A stretch of 64,000 bases of DNA from the IMG/VR virus record IMGVR_UViG_3300025679_000005; one strand, 5' to 3'. Source of the stretch: a virus (lineage: Duplodnaviria; Caudoviricetes). Each line of letters starts with the position of its first letter. The stretch's first letter is position 1. This document shows, piece by piece, positions 7,754-17,878 of this stretch. The notes below the pieces were generated by a model that worked only from the letters and a program-made list of their open reading frames with translations, was not told where the DNA came from and made no database searches. The translations under genes and the position numbers were made by a program.

Positions 7754-8782
7754 ATGAAAAATGAAGCAAAGCCAGGAAACACTCTAGGAATTGGCTTAGA
7801 CATCGGCACAATGAATATTGTGTCCGCCAGGACCAAGGAAAACGGCGTTGTCACCAAGCGTGTCCGTGACGCCTTCTTGGACCTCGACCCTGACGCCAAG
7901 CGCAGCTTGAAGATGTCCAAGGTCGATTATGTGGAGCGAGAATCTGACAACGTATTGTTGGTACTGGGTGACTCAGCTTTGACGATGGCAAACTTGTTCA
8001 AGCGGGAGGCTCGTCGACCCCTCAGCCGCGGTCTCATCGCCGCTGGTGAAATAGACGCCCAGGAGGTCTTGAGCCTCTTGATCAATCAGGTCTTGGGCGA
8101 CCCTCAGGTGGACAGTGAACACTGCTTCTACAGCGTCCCTGCGGCCCCTATCGATGACCCTTCACAGGACGTGATCTATCACACGGAAGTCTTCCGTAAG
8201 ATCGTCCGTGACGCGGGCTTTTCGGCCCACCCCATGAACGAGGCCATGGCCATCATCTACAGCCAGTGTGCCGAGGAGAGCTTCTCCGGACTGGCCGTGA
8301 GCTTCGGTGCTGGTATGGCGAACATCGCCCTGTCCTACCAGGCGAACAAGGCATTGGAGTTCGCCCTAGCTCGTGGTGGGGATTGGATCGATGCTCAGTC
8401 GGCCAAGGCCATGGGTAAGACGGCTTCCCAGATGTGCGCCATCAAAGAGAAGGGTGTCGACCTTCGCACGCCCAACGGACGTGAGGAGCAGGCCATCGTT
8501 CTCTACGTGAGGGCCCTCATCAACTACACCCTACAGAACGTGGCGGCTCAATTCAAGAAGGTGCAGAACGATGTCAGCCTTCCAGAGCCCATCCCCTTCA
8601 TCGTCTCCGGCGGTACCACTAAGGCGGCAGGCTTTCTCGAAATATTCAAGGAAGAGTTCGATACCGTCAAGAAGAGGTTCCCGATTCAGATCAGCGAGAT
8701 CCGTATCGCCAAGGACCCGATGACGGCGGTGGCTGAGGGCATGCTAGTACTGGCTTCGGAAGAACACGAATCCGACAAGTGA
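7754..8782 (+). CDS. Actin-fold ATPase (MreB/FtsA/ParM superfamily)
   Basis: Phosphate-1 GLDIGTMNI, connect-1 MNEAMAIIY, phosphate-2 SFGAGMAN, adenosine VSGGTT, connect-2 DPMTAVAEG. Confidence 0.85.
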   Translation: MKNEAKPGNTLGIGLDIGTMNIVSARTKENGVVTKRVRDAFLDLDPDAKRSLKMSKVDYVERESDNVLLVLGDSALTMANLFKREARRPLSRGLIAAGEIDAQEVLSLLINQVLGDPQVDSEHCFYSVPAAPIDDPSQDVIYHTEVFRKIVRDAGFSAHPMNEAMAIIYSQCAEESFSGLAVSFGAGMANIALSYQANKALEFALARGGDWIDAQSAKAMGKTASQMCAIKEKGVDLRTPNGREEQAIVLYVRALINYTLQNVAAQFKKVQNDVSLPEPIPFIVSGGTTKAAGFLEIFKEEFDTVKKRFPIQISEIRIAKDPMTAVAEGMLVLASEEHESDK

Positions 8783-8788
8783 GGCCGG

Positions 8789-9952
8789 ATGTACTTTAAT
8801 CTCGTAGGGGCCCTGAAGCGCAGAGTCATCCTTGAACTCAAGGACAGTTTTTCGAATCACCCCGTATACAACAAGATCGTTCCCTTCATCGAGAACCGTT
8901 TTGCGTTTGACGAGCGACCCCAGTACGGGATTGTAGTCAAGGGTTCCAGCACGAACAAGGTGTCTTTAGCTGCCGACAACTACATGGGCACTATTGAAAG
9001 CCATGTGATGTTGGCGTACGTAGGTCAACCCGAATACCCCATTGAATGGGTTCGAGAGGACAGTCGAGCTGTGCGTGCAAGTGGGGGGAAAATGCCCGTC
9101 CCTCCTGGGGTCTATCTGATCGAGATCTTGACGGCGCCTACAGTTGTGGGGGAGGCGGGGCACTACGCCATGGACCCCATGTACACGGTCTTGGATCGTC
9201 TGTTGTCTGTCGTTCGCTCGGGCATCCTCCAAGAGGCTCAGTTAGAGCACGTGCCACTCAATCACACCCTTCGCCTCTACGCGAACGGTAATTTCCAACT
9301 CAAAGAGGGTTTGGACTACACCGTGGATTACACGACGGGGTCTGTAGAGTTCTTGACAAGCCTCCCTCAAGGGACTCAGGTGACCGCGGACTATCGTTGG
9401 GCGGGTACCTCTATAGGCCCGATTGAGTTTTTCTGGAATCAGGCGGATTGGAAGACGTTACCCGGGGCTGTCCTTGCTTTTGGTAAACGATCTAGGGCAG
9501 GCCAGAAGGTCGCTGTAGTCGTGTATCAGGACCGTGTGGACTCTGCCCAGGCCTTTGGCGGCAAGTTCGAGGTCTCCTTCGACTTTGATGTGATCGCAAG
9601 GGATCCCGTTCAAATGGAAGAGATCGCAGACCTTGTGACAATGTACCTAATCTCTGACAAGAAGAGTCGGCTTGAATTTGAGGGGATCGAAATACTTGAC
9701 ATTTCGATGGGCAGTGAGGGTGAGGAAATAGCCGACGAAACGGGGGAGAACTTCTTCTACCAGGCTTCGATGTCCCTTCAATTGCGGGCGGATTGGGAAG
9801 TCCATGTGCCTCTACCCCTAGTGATTAGCCGCGTAGATTCTGCGAGTGACTCAAACAATCCCTCGGGTATTCAGGCGATAGCCTCGGAGGTGTTCTTCCA
9901 GACGCACCCGGTATTTGAGGGCAGAAATGATGATTATGAGAGGATTGCCTGA
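8789..9952 (+). CDS. Tail terminator/sheath-completion-like protein with inserted beta module
   Basis: Position before sheath; C-terminal FEVSFDFDVIARDP...FYQASMSLQLRADW; inserted LKEGLDYTVDYTTGSVEF module. Confidence 0.55.
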   Translation: MYFNLVGALKRRVILELKDSFSNHPVYNKIVPFIENRFAFDERPQYGIVVKGSSTNKVSLAADNYMGTIESHVMLAYVGQPEYPIEWVREDSRAVRASGGKMPVPPGVYLIEILTAPTVVGEAGHYAMDPMYTVLDRLLSVVRSGILQEAQLEHVPLNHTLRLYANGNFQLKEGLDYTVDYTTGSVEFLTSLPQGTQVTADYRWAGTSIGPIEFFWNQADWKTLPGAVLAFGKRSRAGQKVAVVVYQDRVDSAQAFGGKFEVSFDFDVIARDPVQMEEIADLVTMYLISDKKSRLEFEGIEILDISMGSEGEEIADETGENFFYQASMSLQLRADWEVHVPLPLVISRVDSASDSNNPSGIQAIASEVFFQTHPVFEGRNDDYERIA

Positions 9953-10374
9953 TGCCGAAATTCACTTTTGAGTGTGCCTGCGAGACCCAATTTACCCGCA
10001 CCCTAAAGATGGGTGAGCACAAGACCCATGAGTGCCCTGCTTGTGGCAAAGACGCCACTAGGGTTTGGGAGGGCTTTGGGTTCGCTTTTGCCCCAGGAGG
10101 TAAGGCCCCGGCCAACTCTGGGGTGTCCAAGCATGACTATCCTACGGCGGATTATGCTGTGGGCAGTGACGCGGATAAGCGCTGGCAGGAGCATGCTGCC
10201 AGGGAAGTGGTGAAGTCCAAGGTACGGAAAAAGGGTGGAACCCACGCTTTGATTCGGGAAACCGGCAAAGACTACATCGAATACAAGGCCGGGTCAGATG
10301 GCCTCATCAAGGGCCGAAAGGGTCTGGCCAAAGAGGTCAAAGAGATTCGTGCCAAACAAAAAGGCGAGACTTGA
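9952..10374 (+). CDS. FmdB-family Zn-ribbon protein
   Basis: MPKFTFECAC...HECPACGKDATRV pattern. Confidence 0.7.
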   Translation: MPKFTFECACETQFTRTLKMGEHKTHECPACGKDATRVWEGFGFAFAPGGKAPANSGVSKHDYPTADYAVGSDADKRWQEHAAREVVKSKVRKKGGTHALIRETGKDYIEYKAGSDGLIKGRKGLAKEVKEIRAKQKGET

Positions 10375-11135
10375 TGAGAGGGGCCGCCGATGGTGAGGCT
10401 GTTGTGTACGTGGCAACATGCTCTGTTAACGGCAAGATCTACATTGGCATTACGTCCAAAAATCTGAAGGTGCGCAAAAGAGCACACCTCAATTCAGCTA
10501 GTAGGGGTTCCCCCTACTACTTCCATCGAGCCTTGCGGAAGTACGGTGCCAATGCCTTTGTTTGGGAAGTAGTGGCCCATGTACCAACCTGGCAAGCTGC
10601 TTGTGCTAGGGAAATCGCACTTATCCAGCAATATGACACACGCAATCCTCAGAAAGGTTACAACAGCACTAGTGGTGGGGAGGGGTCATTAGGGGTGCGT
10701 GCTCCCGACAGTGTCTTGGAGCAGATTAGCCAGACTCTTAAGGCTTGGCATGCATCTGATGACCAGAAAGCCAAGGCATTGCGGGAGAAAGTCAGCCACA
10801 CTAAACGAGGGTCTGTCTCTAGTCTTGAGACTAGGTTGAAGCAGGCCGAGGGGAGTCGTAATAGGCCCCCTTTATCCGATGCCTCCAGGGCAAAGTTGAG
10901 CGCTTCGAAGCGTAAGTACTCTGATGAGGTAGTCACTGAAGTTACGGCATATGCCCTAGAGCACGGTTTTCGAGCCGCCGAACGGCAATACGGTATTCCT
11001 AGGCCAACTATTCGACGCTGGACGTGGGACCTAGAGAGGCTCATTCAGGAGAAGTCTAAGATGTCCGAGAGAAATCGTACTCGACAATACAGATACGCTT
11101 TTCCTGTCGCTACTCCTCTTGTGCTCAAACCCTAG
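10371..11135 (+). CDS. GIY-YIG homing endonuclease
   Basis: VVYVATC..NGKIYIGIT...RKRAH...ALRKYG..AF.WEV...EIALI...GYN; C-terminal NUMOD/HTH-like segments. Confidence 0.9.
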   Translation: MMRGAADGEAVVYVATCSVNGKIYIGITSKNLKVRKRAHLNSASRGSPYYFHRALRKYGANAFVWEVVAHVPTWQAACAREIALIQQYDTRNPQKGYNSTSGGEGSLGVRAPDSVLEQISQTLKAWHASDDQKAKALREKVSHTKRGSVSSLETRLKQAEGSRNRPPLSDASRAKLSASKRKYSDEVVTEVTAYALEHGFRAAERQYGIPRPTIRRWTWDLERLIQEKSKMSERNRTRQYRYAFPVATPLVLKP

Positions 11136-11210
11136 ATAGAACCAGATTCAGACCCAGATCCAAGCTACCCATATGTAAAAACAAAAACCCTAATCAATTC
11201 GAGGTTTTCC

Positions 11211-14200
11211 ATGTCATTTGGGCCGTACACAACTTATGTGCCTCCAGGCGTTTACACTCGCACCCTCACGGATGCCAATGCTGCGAACCTCGTAGCGGGT
11301 CTTCGGATCCCCGTCGAAATCGGGGTAGGCCAAGAGGAGCTGTCGCAGCTCGACCTTGAGATGGTTCGTGGTTCTAGCGCAAACCTGGATCAGCAGATCG
11401 TCAACGAGGACGTGAGTGCTCGCTTCGTAGTGGACGGGACGAACCCCAACATCCCAGTTCTTGGGGTGGTCAATGGAGTGGTTACCCAGTTCAAGGTCAG
11501 AAACTCCCCCATCGTTACGGGCCAGGGTATCGGCAAGGTCTCCAATGATCTTCGCTCGGTGTCGGTGACCGTCAATGGTGTGCCGGTGGCTGTAGGTTCC
11601 GTGCAAGGCGCCAGCGGTTCCATTTTCCTCCAGATCCCACCCCAGCCGGGCGACAACGTCCGTTGCACCTACTTCTTCCACCGTTCGGACACCAGCTTCA
11701 CGGATGATGTGTCGAGCCAGGTGACCCCGACACCAGCTTCTTTGACCACTCCAGGGTATGCCCCGTTCGTGGTCGTGGCTGGTTCGACTGACACTTTCGT
11801 GCTCAGTGTGGACGCCGTTCCCTCGACCATCCGCTTCGGCGCCGGTTCTTACACAGCCGTTGGGCTCAAGAGCCTCATCGACGCAGCCGCTGTCTCTGGT
11901 CTGGCTACTTCCGTTTCGACGGATGCCCAGGGCCACGACCACCTCATGTTGACGGCCGCCAAGAGCTTGTCAATCGGCACGGGTAATGCGAACGGCTCAC
12001 TAGGCTTTTCTGCCAATACCTCCACAGCCCGCAATGCTGTGTTCCGTGTCTTCCAGCGTCCGATCGTGGACGGTACCGATGGTGGCATCACCACGACTGA
12101 CCCCACGAAGGTGGTTGCTGTTGTCAACAACGTTCAAGTTGTTGTTTCGGCGGTTGACGGTACCAACGGTCTGGTCACCCTGCCCTTCGCTCCGGCGAAT
12201 GGTTCGACGGTCAAGCTTACCTACTTCGCCAACACCTGGCAGGACACGTTCGACTACCTCCCCAACACCTTGGTGACATCCGTTATCCGCTGCGGTTTCG
12301 CAACGGGCCGTAACGATTACATCCAGGGCCAGGACTTCGTGGTTTCGAACCCGTCACCGGACGTTTCGATCCTTCACTGGGGTTCGAGCTTCGTGGTTGC
12401 CCCTGCCCTTCATACGGCAGGTTCCACGTCCTTCGACGACACCCAGATCATCCCGACTTTGGTGGATGACCGTCTGTGGTCTGTCGAAGCGGCTCGTGTT
12501 GTCGATACAACGGTGATCCCGGCCTTCGTGTCCTCTAACCAGTTTCTGCTCCCCGAGGTCCCCACCACTGGTAACGGTCGTGACACGCCTCTGGGTGCCA
12601 CCGTATACAATGCAGCCGCAAACGGTCGCATTGGTCTCGACACCAATCGTCCGGACCTGGTAACGGTGCACACTGGCCGTGACTACGTGGATGCTATGGG
12701 TCGTGCTGCCGCGGTCGTAACTGTGGTGGATGGTCCCAATCGCAAGATCACGCTGAAGAGTGATGTACCCCCGGATCACAAGGCATTCTGCACCTTCTGG
12801 TACAGCCGTCTGACGGATGACACCTTCATTCTCACCAACAAGGTCGCAGGGCCGGTCGGTACGGGTCAATTCGAGGTGTTGGACACGGTTACCGCTAAGA
12901 ACCTACACCAGGTTCGATTCGGAACCAAATCGGCTCTTTCCGAGATCGTTCAGTGGCCCCGCGGCGTTGAGCAAGTCACGGACGGCTTCCACACGGGAGC
13001 CGGAACCCCGGTCGCCGAAACTGTGACTGTGACCTTTGGGTCTACGGTTGCGGAGAACGCGGTCTACACCAACGAAGGACCGTCCCCGTACTCTTTCTTC
13101 AGCACGTACTCCAACAACTGGAGGACGACCGTAAACGGAACCGCTCTGGTCACCGACCTGAGCGCGGCAGTCGCTGGCTACCTGGTTTCGGATCGCACTC
13201 CCACAAGCGGTTCGAACACCATCACGATCCCAGCATCTCCGGCCAACGTACTAAATCTCGTCATTGATGGCGTGGCTGTTGCCGTGGCCGTAACGGCTGG
13301 TACCCGGACTCCGACGCAAATTGTTGCGGATATCAACACTGCAATCGATGCCAATGGCGCTTTCAGCGCCACGGCACCGAACGCTCTGGCGTCTTTCGTC
13401 CAGGTTGGTGGCGTCAACGGTGATGTGTTCTTCATCGTCAAGTCGTACTCGGTTCCGGCCTCTTTGCCAGGTGGCTTCGACAACGTGTCGACGGTTGCTG
13501 TGGCACAGGGCACTGTCGAGAACGTCCTTGGGTTCAGCACCTTCCAGTCGGCTCAAGGCACTTCAGGCGCTGTCAACAAGCCGGCCACCATGCTGGGCAC
13601 AGTCGCTGGCCCGTTCTCGATCACCTCTGGTTTGAACGACCAGTTGAAATTCCGTCTCAATGGCATCGATTACACGGTGTCTTTGCCTACGGGCGCTACG
13701 GTCGCTGCTTCGGCAGTGGTCACGGCCATCAACACAGTGCCAGGTTTGAGTGGGGTTGCCTCCAACGGCACTCTCGCCCATGTTGGTAAGATCCGTTTGA
13801 CCAGTGGCGTTGCCGACCCCAGCTCCAGCATTGTGATTCTGGGAGGGACTGCCAACGATGTCTTGGGCTACACTGAAGGTGCTACTGCCAGCCAAACGCT
13901 GGTGCTGGCTTCTGAAGTGGTTGACGCACTTAACGCTACCTCGGGTTTCTCGACCCACGGCGTTGCGTACGACAGCTCGATTCAGGGCTCGGATTACGTT
14001 ACGATTGAGTCGCTCACCACAGGTGCCTCGACTTCGTCTATCGTGTTCGTCAGCGGTACGGCTTCGGCCTTCAACACCACCACAGGCACCGGGATTGTCC
14101 CAGGGGTCAGTGGTGACAACGGGGCGGACGCTCAAGACAAGTTCGTGGTCAGCTCGAACAACGCAAGTGGTTCGGCGGGCACGGGCATCCCCGGCCAGAC

Positions 14201-15476
14201 CTACACGGATGCCGTCACCAGCCTCCGCTTCACGGTGCTTCCGGCCAAGGAAGGCCACTATGATTCCGCGGGTGCTTTCACCCTCGAAGTCAGCCCGACC
14301 TGGAAGGTCAATCCCGCGGTCCCGTACCTCTCGATTCCCGGTACGGAAGTTGTGGTCACAGACACTGTCGGTATCGGCGTCAACGACACTGCGACGGTCC
14401 AGACCTTCAATCCTGCTGGATTGGAGCCTGCAATCGGCGACTTCTACTTCGTGAGTTACAACTTCATGAAGCAGGACTTCTCGACGCAGCTGTACCAGCA
14501 GTTCAAGACGATCGAGGCCAACTTCGGTCCGCTTACTGCCGAAAACAAGGTCAGCTTGGGTGCCTATCTCATGATTCTCAACGGGGCCGTCCTCGTTGGT
14601 ATCAAGCAGGTGCTCAAGGTTCCGAACACGAACCAAGCCAATGATCAGACGTTCATCCAAGCGATCAACGAACTGGCCATCCCGCTTCCCGGTAACGTTA
14701 AGCCAGACGTGCTAGTTCCTCTTACGAACAGCTCGACTGTCTTCTCGGTTCTCATGCAACACTGCGAAGTGCAGTCTAATGAGCGCAACCAGTCAGAGCG
14801 TATGGGCTTCGTCGGGTTTGCTTCAGGCACGTCTCCGACTACCGCTCAGGCAGTGGCACGGAGCCTTGTTTCGAGTCGTATGATTGCCTTCTACCCGGAT
14901 TCGGCCGTCATCACCCTGTCTGACGAACTGGGGGACAGCTTCGAGAGCTTGGTGGACGGTTCGTTCATCGCAGCAGCAATTGCTGGTGCAGCTTGCTCTC
15001 CGGCAGTGGACGTGGCGACCCCCTACACCCGTCGCCGCATTCAAGGGTTCACCCGTATTCCCCGGATTCTTGATCCGGTTACGGCGAACCAAACGGCAGT
15101 CGCGGGCATCACCTTGGTTGAGGACTTGGACCCCCTCATCCGCATCCGCCAGGGCCTCACCACGGACATCTCCACAGTTCTGACCCGTCTCCCGACGGTT
15201 ACCCAGATCTCGGACTATGTCCAGCAGCAAAGCCGCGTGACCTTGGACGCCTTCGTTGGTACCAAGTTCTTGGCTAGCCGTACGAACGAAGTCGAAGTCT
15301 CGATGACGGCCTTGTTCAAGCAACTGGTTCAGGCTGAAATCGTGGGTGCCTTCACGGGGATCTCGGCTTCTATCGACGCCATCGACCCAACAGTGATGAA
15401 CTTCGTTTCTTACTTCCAGCCCATATTTCCTCTTCTTTACATTGTCTGTACGTTCAACCTCAGGGCAAGGATCTGA
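11211..15476 (+). CDS. Contractile tail sheath protein, enlarged (1421 aa)
   Basis: N-terminal YVPPGVYTRT; C-terminal sheath core ERMGFVG...AAAIAG...IRIRQGLTT...PIFPLLYIVCTF. Confidence 0.9.
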   Translation: MSFGPYTTYVPPGVYTRTLTDANAANLVAGLRIPVEIGVGQEELSQLDLEMVRGSSANLDQQIVNEDVSARFVVDGTNPNIPVLGVVNGVVTQFKVRNSPIVTGQGIGKVSNDLRSVSVTVNGVPVAVGSVQGASGSIFLQIPPQPGDNVRCTYFFHRSDTSFTDDVSSQVTPTPASLTTPGYAPFVVVAGSTDTFVLSVDAVPSTIRFGAGSYTAVGLKSLIDAAAVSGLATSVSTDAQGHDHLMLTAAKSLSIGTGNANGSLGFSANTSTARNAVFRVFQRPIVDGTDGGITTTDPTKVVAVVNNVQVVVSAVDGTNGLVTLPFAPANGSTVKLTYFANTWQDTFDYLPNTLVTSVIRCGFATGRNDYIQGQDFVVSNPSPDVSILHWGSSFVVAPALHTAGSTSFDDTQIIPTLVDDRLWSVEAARVVDTTVIPAFVSSNQFLLPEVPTTGNGRDTPLGATVYNAAANGRIGLDTNRPDLVTVHTGRDYVDAMGRAAAVVTVVDGPNRKITLKSDVPPDHKAFCTFWYSRLTDDTFILTNKVAGPVGTGQFEVLDTVTAKNLHQVRFGTKSALSEIVQWPRGVEQVTDGFHTGAGTPVAETVTVTFGSTVAENAVYTNEGPSPYSFFSTYSNNWRTTVNGTALVTDLSAAVAGYLVSDRTPTSGSNTITIPASPANVLNLVIDGVAVAVAVTAGTRTPTQIVADINTAIDANGAFSATAPNALASFVQVGGVNGDVFFIVKSYSVPASLPGGFDNVSTVAVAQGTVENVLGFSTFQSAQGTSGAVNKPATMLGTVAGPFSITSGLNDQLKFRLNGIDYTVSLPTGATVAASAVVTAINTVPGLSGVASNGTLAHVGKIRLTSGVADPSSSIVILGGTANDVLGYTEGATASQTLVLASEVVDALNATSGFSTHGVAYDSSIQGSDYVTIESLTTGASTSSIVFVSGTASAFNTTTGTGIVPGVSGDNGADAQDKFVVSSNNASGSAGTGIPGQTYTDAVTSLRFTVLPAKEGHYDSAGAFTLEVSPTWKVNPAVPYLSIPGTEVVVTDTVGIGVNDTATVQTFNPAGLEPAIGDFYFVSYNFMKQDFSTQLYQQFKTIEANFGPLTAENKVSLGAYLMILNGAVLVGIKQVLKVPNTNQANDQTFIQAINELAIPLPGNVKPDVLVPLTNSSTVFSVLMQHCEVQSNERNQSERMGFVGFASGTSPTTAQAVARSLVSSRMIAFYPDSAVITLSDELGDSFESLVDGSFIAAAIAGAACSPAVDVATPYTRRRIQGFTRIPRILDPVTANQTAVAGITLVEDLDPLIRIRQGLTTDISTVLTRLPTVTQISDYVQQQSRVTLDAFVGTKFLASRTNEVEVSMTALFKQLVQAEIVGAFTGISASIDAIDPTVMNFVSYFQPIFPLLYIVCTFNLRARI

Positions 15477-15505
15477 ACGTCCTATCAGTATTGAATTCAT
15501 AGCAC

Positions 15506-15534
15506 TTGACACTCTAATAATCCTGGGTTAACCT
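15506..15534 (+). promoter_or_regulatory. sigma70-like promoter TTGACA-N17-TAACCT, probably leaderless
   Basis: Consensus -35, 17-nt spacer, -10 ends 6 nt before GTG 15541. Confidence 0.6.
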
Positions 15535-15540
15535 GGGTTT

Positions 15541-16296
15541 GTGGAAAACACTGTCAGTTGCTTGATTTGCGGACACACAGCCGTGACCCTGGGCCGCCAC
15601 ATCAAAGCGGTTCATGGGATCACGGCTGTGACATATCGGGCCCAATACCCGGGTGCTCACGTTCTCTCCGAAGCTGGTACGGAGAAGCGTAAATCTGCTT
15701 TAGTAAAAGCCCACGCAGAGAACTCGCGTGCAGGACAGAAGAAAACGGTAGTCTGCCCGTGTGGACTCTCCTATGAGGTGGGTCGCACTTCGGCGGTGAA
15801 GGATCCTAGGTGTTCTTCGTGTAGGATCTTGGATAAGGCTAAGGAGGAAGAAGCCTTTTGGGCCACTAAAACCGAAGGGTTGGACTACGTTATCTGTGTC
15901 TGCGGCCACAAAGCGGAGAATCTGACGAGCCACATCAGGAGTGTTCACCCTGAATTGGTGGGATGTTACCCTGGCCGAATAATCGCAGAACGGTCAGCGG
16001 TTCGAGATAAAACAGCCCTTAAGGGCTTAGTCAGAAGTGCCGAGACACGGGCCAAGATGTCAGCAGGTGCTGGCTGGAACCGTGGGCTCACTAAGGAAAC
16101 CGACCCGCGAGTGGCTAATGCAGCGGCAGCCATGAAAGGAAGGCCCTCTTGGTCCAAGGGCTTGACTCCGACCTCCGCTACTTTGAGGTGCGCGAGGACG
16201 AACCTTTCACAGACGTGGCCTACCTTCAGGCTCGCCTCATGGACGAAGGTGTTCTCGATCCAGGATAATGGATCCTGGTGTAGTCTTATTATCTGA
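15541..16296 (+). pseudogene. Degenerate homing endonuclease (Zn fingers + NUMOD-like repeats; nuclease core missing)
   Basis: Two C..CG...L..H fingers like those of ORF 647 and WNRGLTKETDPRV. Near 16165 a different frame gives DSDLRYFEVREDEPFTDVAYLQARLMDEGVLDPG* (stop 16266-16268), resembling a nuclease C-terminal tail. Confidence 0.6.
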
Positions 16297-16350
16297 AATC
16301 TGAGATGCAGGGCTAAAGTCCCGTAATGGCTAGCCGTATAGGATGTGACC

Positions 16351-16546
16351 ATGGATCGTTGGCTTGAAGCGGCAGAAGAAGAGCAGATCGGCGAATTCCA
16401 GGTCGCGGAGTACATCGTTTTCCTGCTGGCTCTTGACACGTACATGCGGTACTCGGCTGGCCGAAGAGGATCTTGGTGGCAACGCTCAAAATGCTGAGAA
16501 CACGTCTATCGGTCGAATGGCTGCGGTCCTGAACACCTGGAACTAA
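16351..16546 (+). pseudogene. Frameshifted gene fragment upstream of the methyltransferase (possibly a restriction-enzyme remnant)
   Basis: MDRWLEAAEEEQIGEFQVAEYIVFLLALDTYMR continues in another frame as TRLAEEDLGG...VLNTWN*, ending 4 nt before the MTase ATG. The function is a guess from context. Confidence 0.3.
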
Positions 16547-16550
16547 AATC

Positions 16551-17819
16551 ATGGCAACCGGCGTACCAAAAATTGAGTGGCTCAATGACCCTTCCGTCGT
16601 TCTATCCGGGCAGCGAGGCAAGCTCGTTGACTTCGATCGCGAGCGATCGCGACGCAAGGGCGATCCAGCGTTCACTCGGCTGCGAAGCGCCGCCACTGGA
16701 AAGCTAGAGAGCCGGCTCTACTGGGCAGACAATCTCGATGTGCTCAGTAGCCTGAGCAACGACTCCTCTATCTGCGGAAAGGTCCGGCTGATCTATATTG
16801 ATCCGCCTTACGCCACGAACAGCGTATTTCAGTCCAAGGCAATGAAGCCGGCCTACGCGGACGTGCTGACGGGCGAGCGCTATCTGTTATTCCTCCGTGC
16901 GCGCCTTGAGCTGCTTCGGGGCATGCTGGCTGACGATGGGTCAATCTACGTCCATCTGGACGAGACTATGGTGTTTCACGCCAAGGTGATGATGGATGAG
17001 ATCTTCGGAGCAAAGAACTTCCGCAGCTTCATCACTCGCCGGAAATGCAGCTCGAAGAACTACACGCATAAAACATATGGTGATGTCTCCGACTACATTC
17101 TTTTCTACACGAAGAGCGCGCAATATGTATGGAACCGACCGGTTGCCCCTTGGACCGATGAGCACGCTGACCGAGAGTACCCGTACGCTGAAGAAACTAC
17201 GGAACGCCGCTTCAAAAAAGTGCCGCTGCATGCGCCTGGCGTTCGCAATGGTCCTTGTGGAAAGCCATGGCGCGGCATGGCTCCGCCGGCAGGCAGGCAT
17301 TGGAAGACTACTCCAGCGAAGCTCGAGGCGCTGGACGCCAAGGGCGAGATCTACTGGTCTTCCACCGGAAACCCGCGCAAGAAGGTATACCTAGACGAAA
17401 GCAAGGGTGTTTCGGTCAGCAACCTTTGGATGGATTGCCGTGATGCTCACAATCAAAACGTGAAGATTACTGGCTATCCAACCGAGAAGAACGAAACGAT
17501 ATTGGACAGAATTGTGCGCGCATCGACCAACAAGGGGGATTTGGTGTTGGATTGCTTTTGCGGGTCCGGGACCACTCTTGCCGCAGCGCAAGCATTGGAT
17601 CGGCGATGGGTCGGCGTGGATAACAGCAAGGATGCAATCCTGACATCTATCAAGCGCCTTGCGCCGATGGCTGCCGATTCGTTGACCGTTCTGGCGCCCG
17701 CCACATTGGCCGCTGACGGCAAGGACGCTCGCTCGTTGATGACTGCTATCGTCTCCAGAGCGAAACAGTCACCCGCTATAAAGGCCGCCAAAAAGGCGCC
17801 TCGGGGACTGGCCAAGTAG
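16551..17819 (+). CDS. Site-specific DNA methyltransferase, beta class (N6-adenine or N4-cytosine)
   Basis: Motif IV DPPY precedes motif I DCFCGSGTT; also GSIYVHLD and YPTEKNE. Confidence 0.92.
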   Translation: MATGVPKIEWLNDPSVVLSGQRGKLVDFDRERSRRKGDPAFTRLRSAATGKLESRLYWADNLDVLSSLSNDSSICGKVRLIYIDPPYATNSVFQSKAMKPAYADVLTGERYLLFLRARLELLRGMLADDGSIYVHLDETMVFHAKVMMDEIFGAKNFRSFITRRKCSSKNYTHKTYGDVSDYILFYTKSAQYVWNRPVAPWTDEHADREYPYAEETTERRFKKVPLHAPGVRNGPCGKPWRGMAPPAGRHWKTTPAKLEALDAKGEIYWSSTGNPRKKVYLDESKGVSVSNLWMDCRDAHNQNVKITGYPTEKNETILDRIVRASTNKGDLVLDCFCGSGTTLAAAQALDRRWVGVDNSKDAILTSIKRLAPMAADSLTVLAPATLAADGKDARSLMTAIVSRAKQSPAIKAAKKAPRGLAK

Positions 17820-17878
17820 GACATTACCTGTCCTAGCTGCGGTTGCTCATGCGCGACCGCTCACGCATAGTGTTGAGC

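Noticed and set aside
647-11135. Group I introns housing the endonucleases
   Set aside because: The fractured gene is explained by intein motifs. The GIY-YIG and other nucleases lie between complete genes, with no interrupted exon or room for an intron core.
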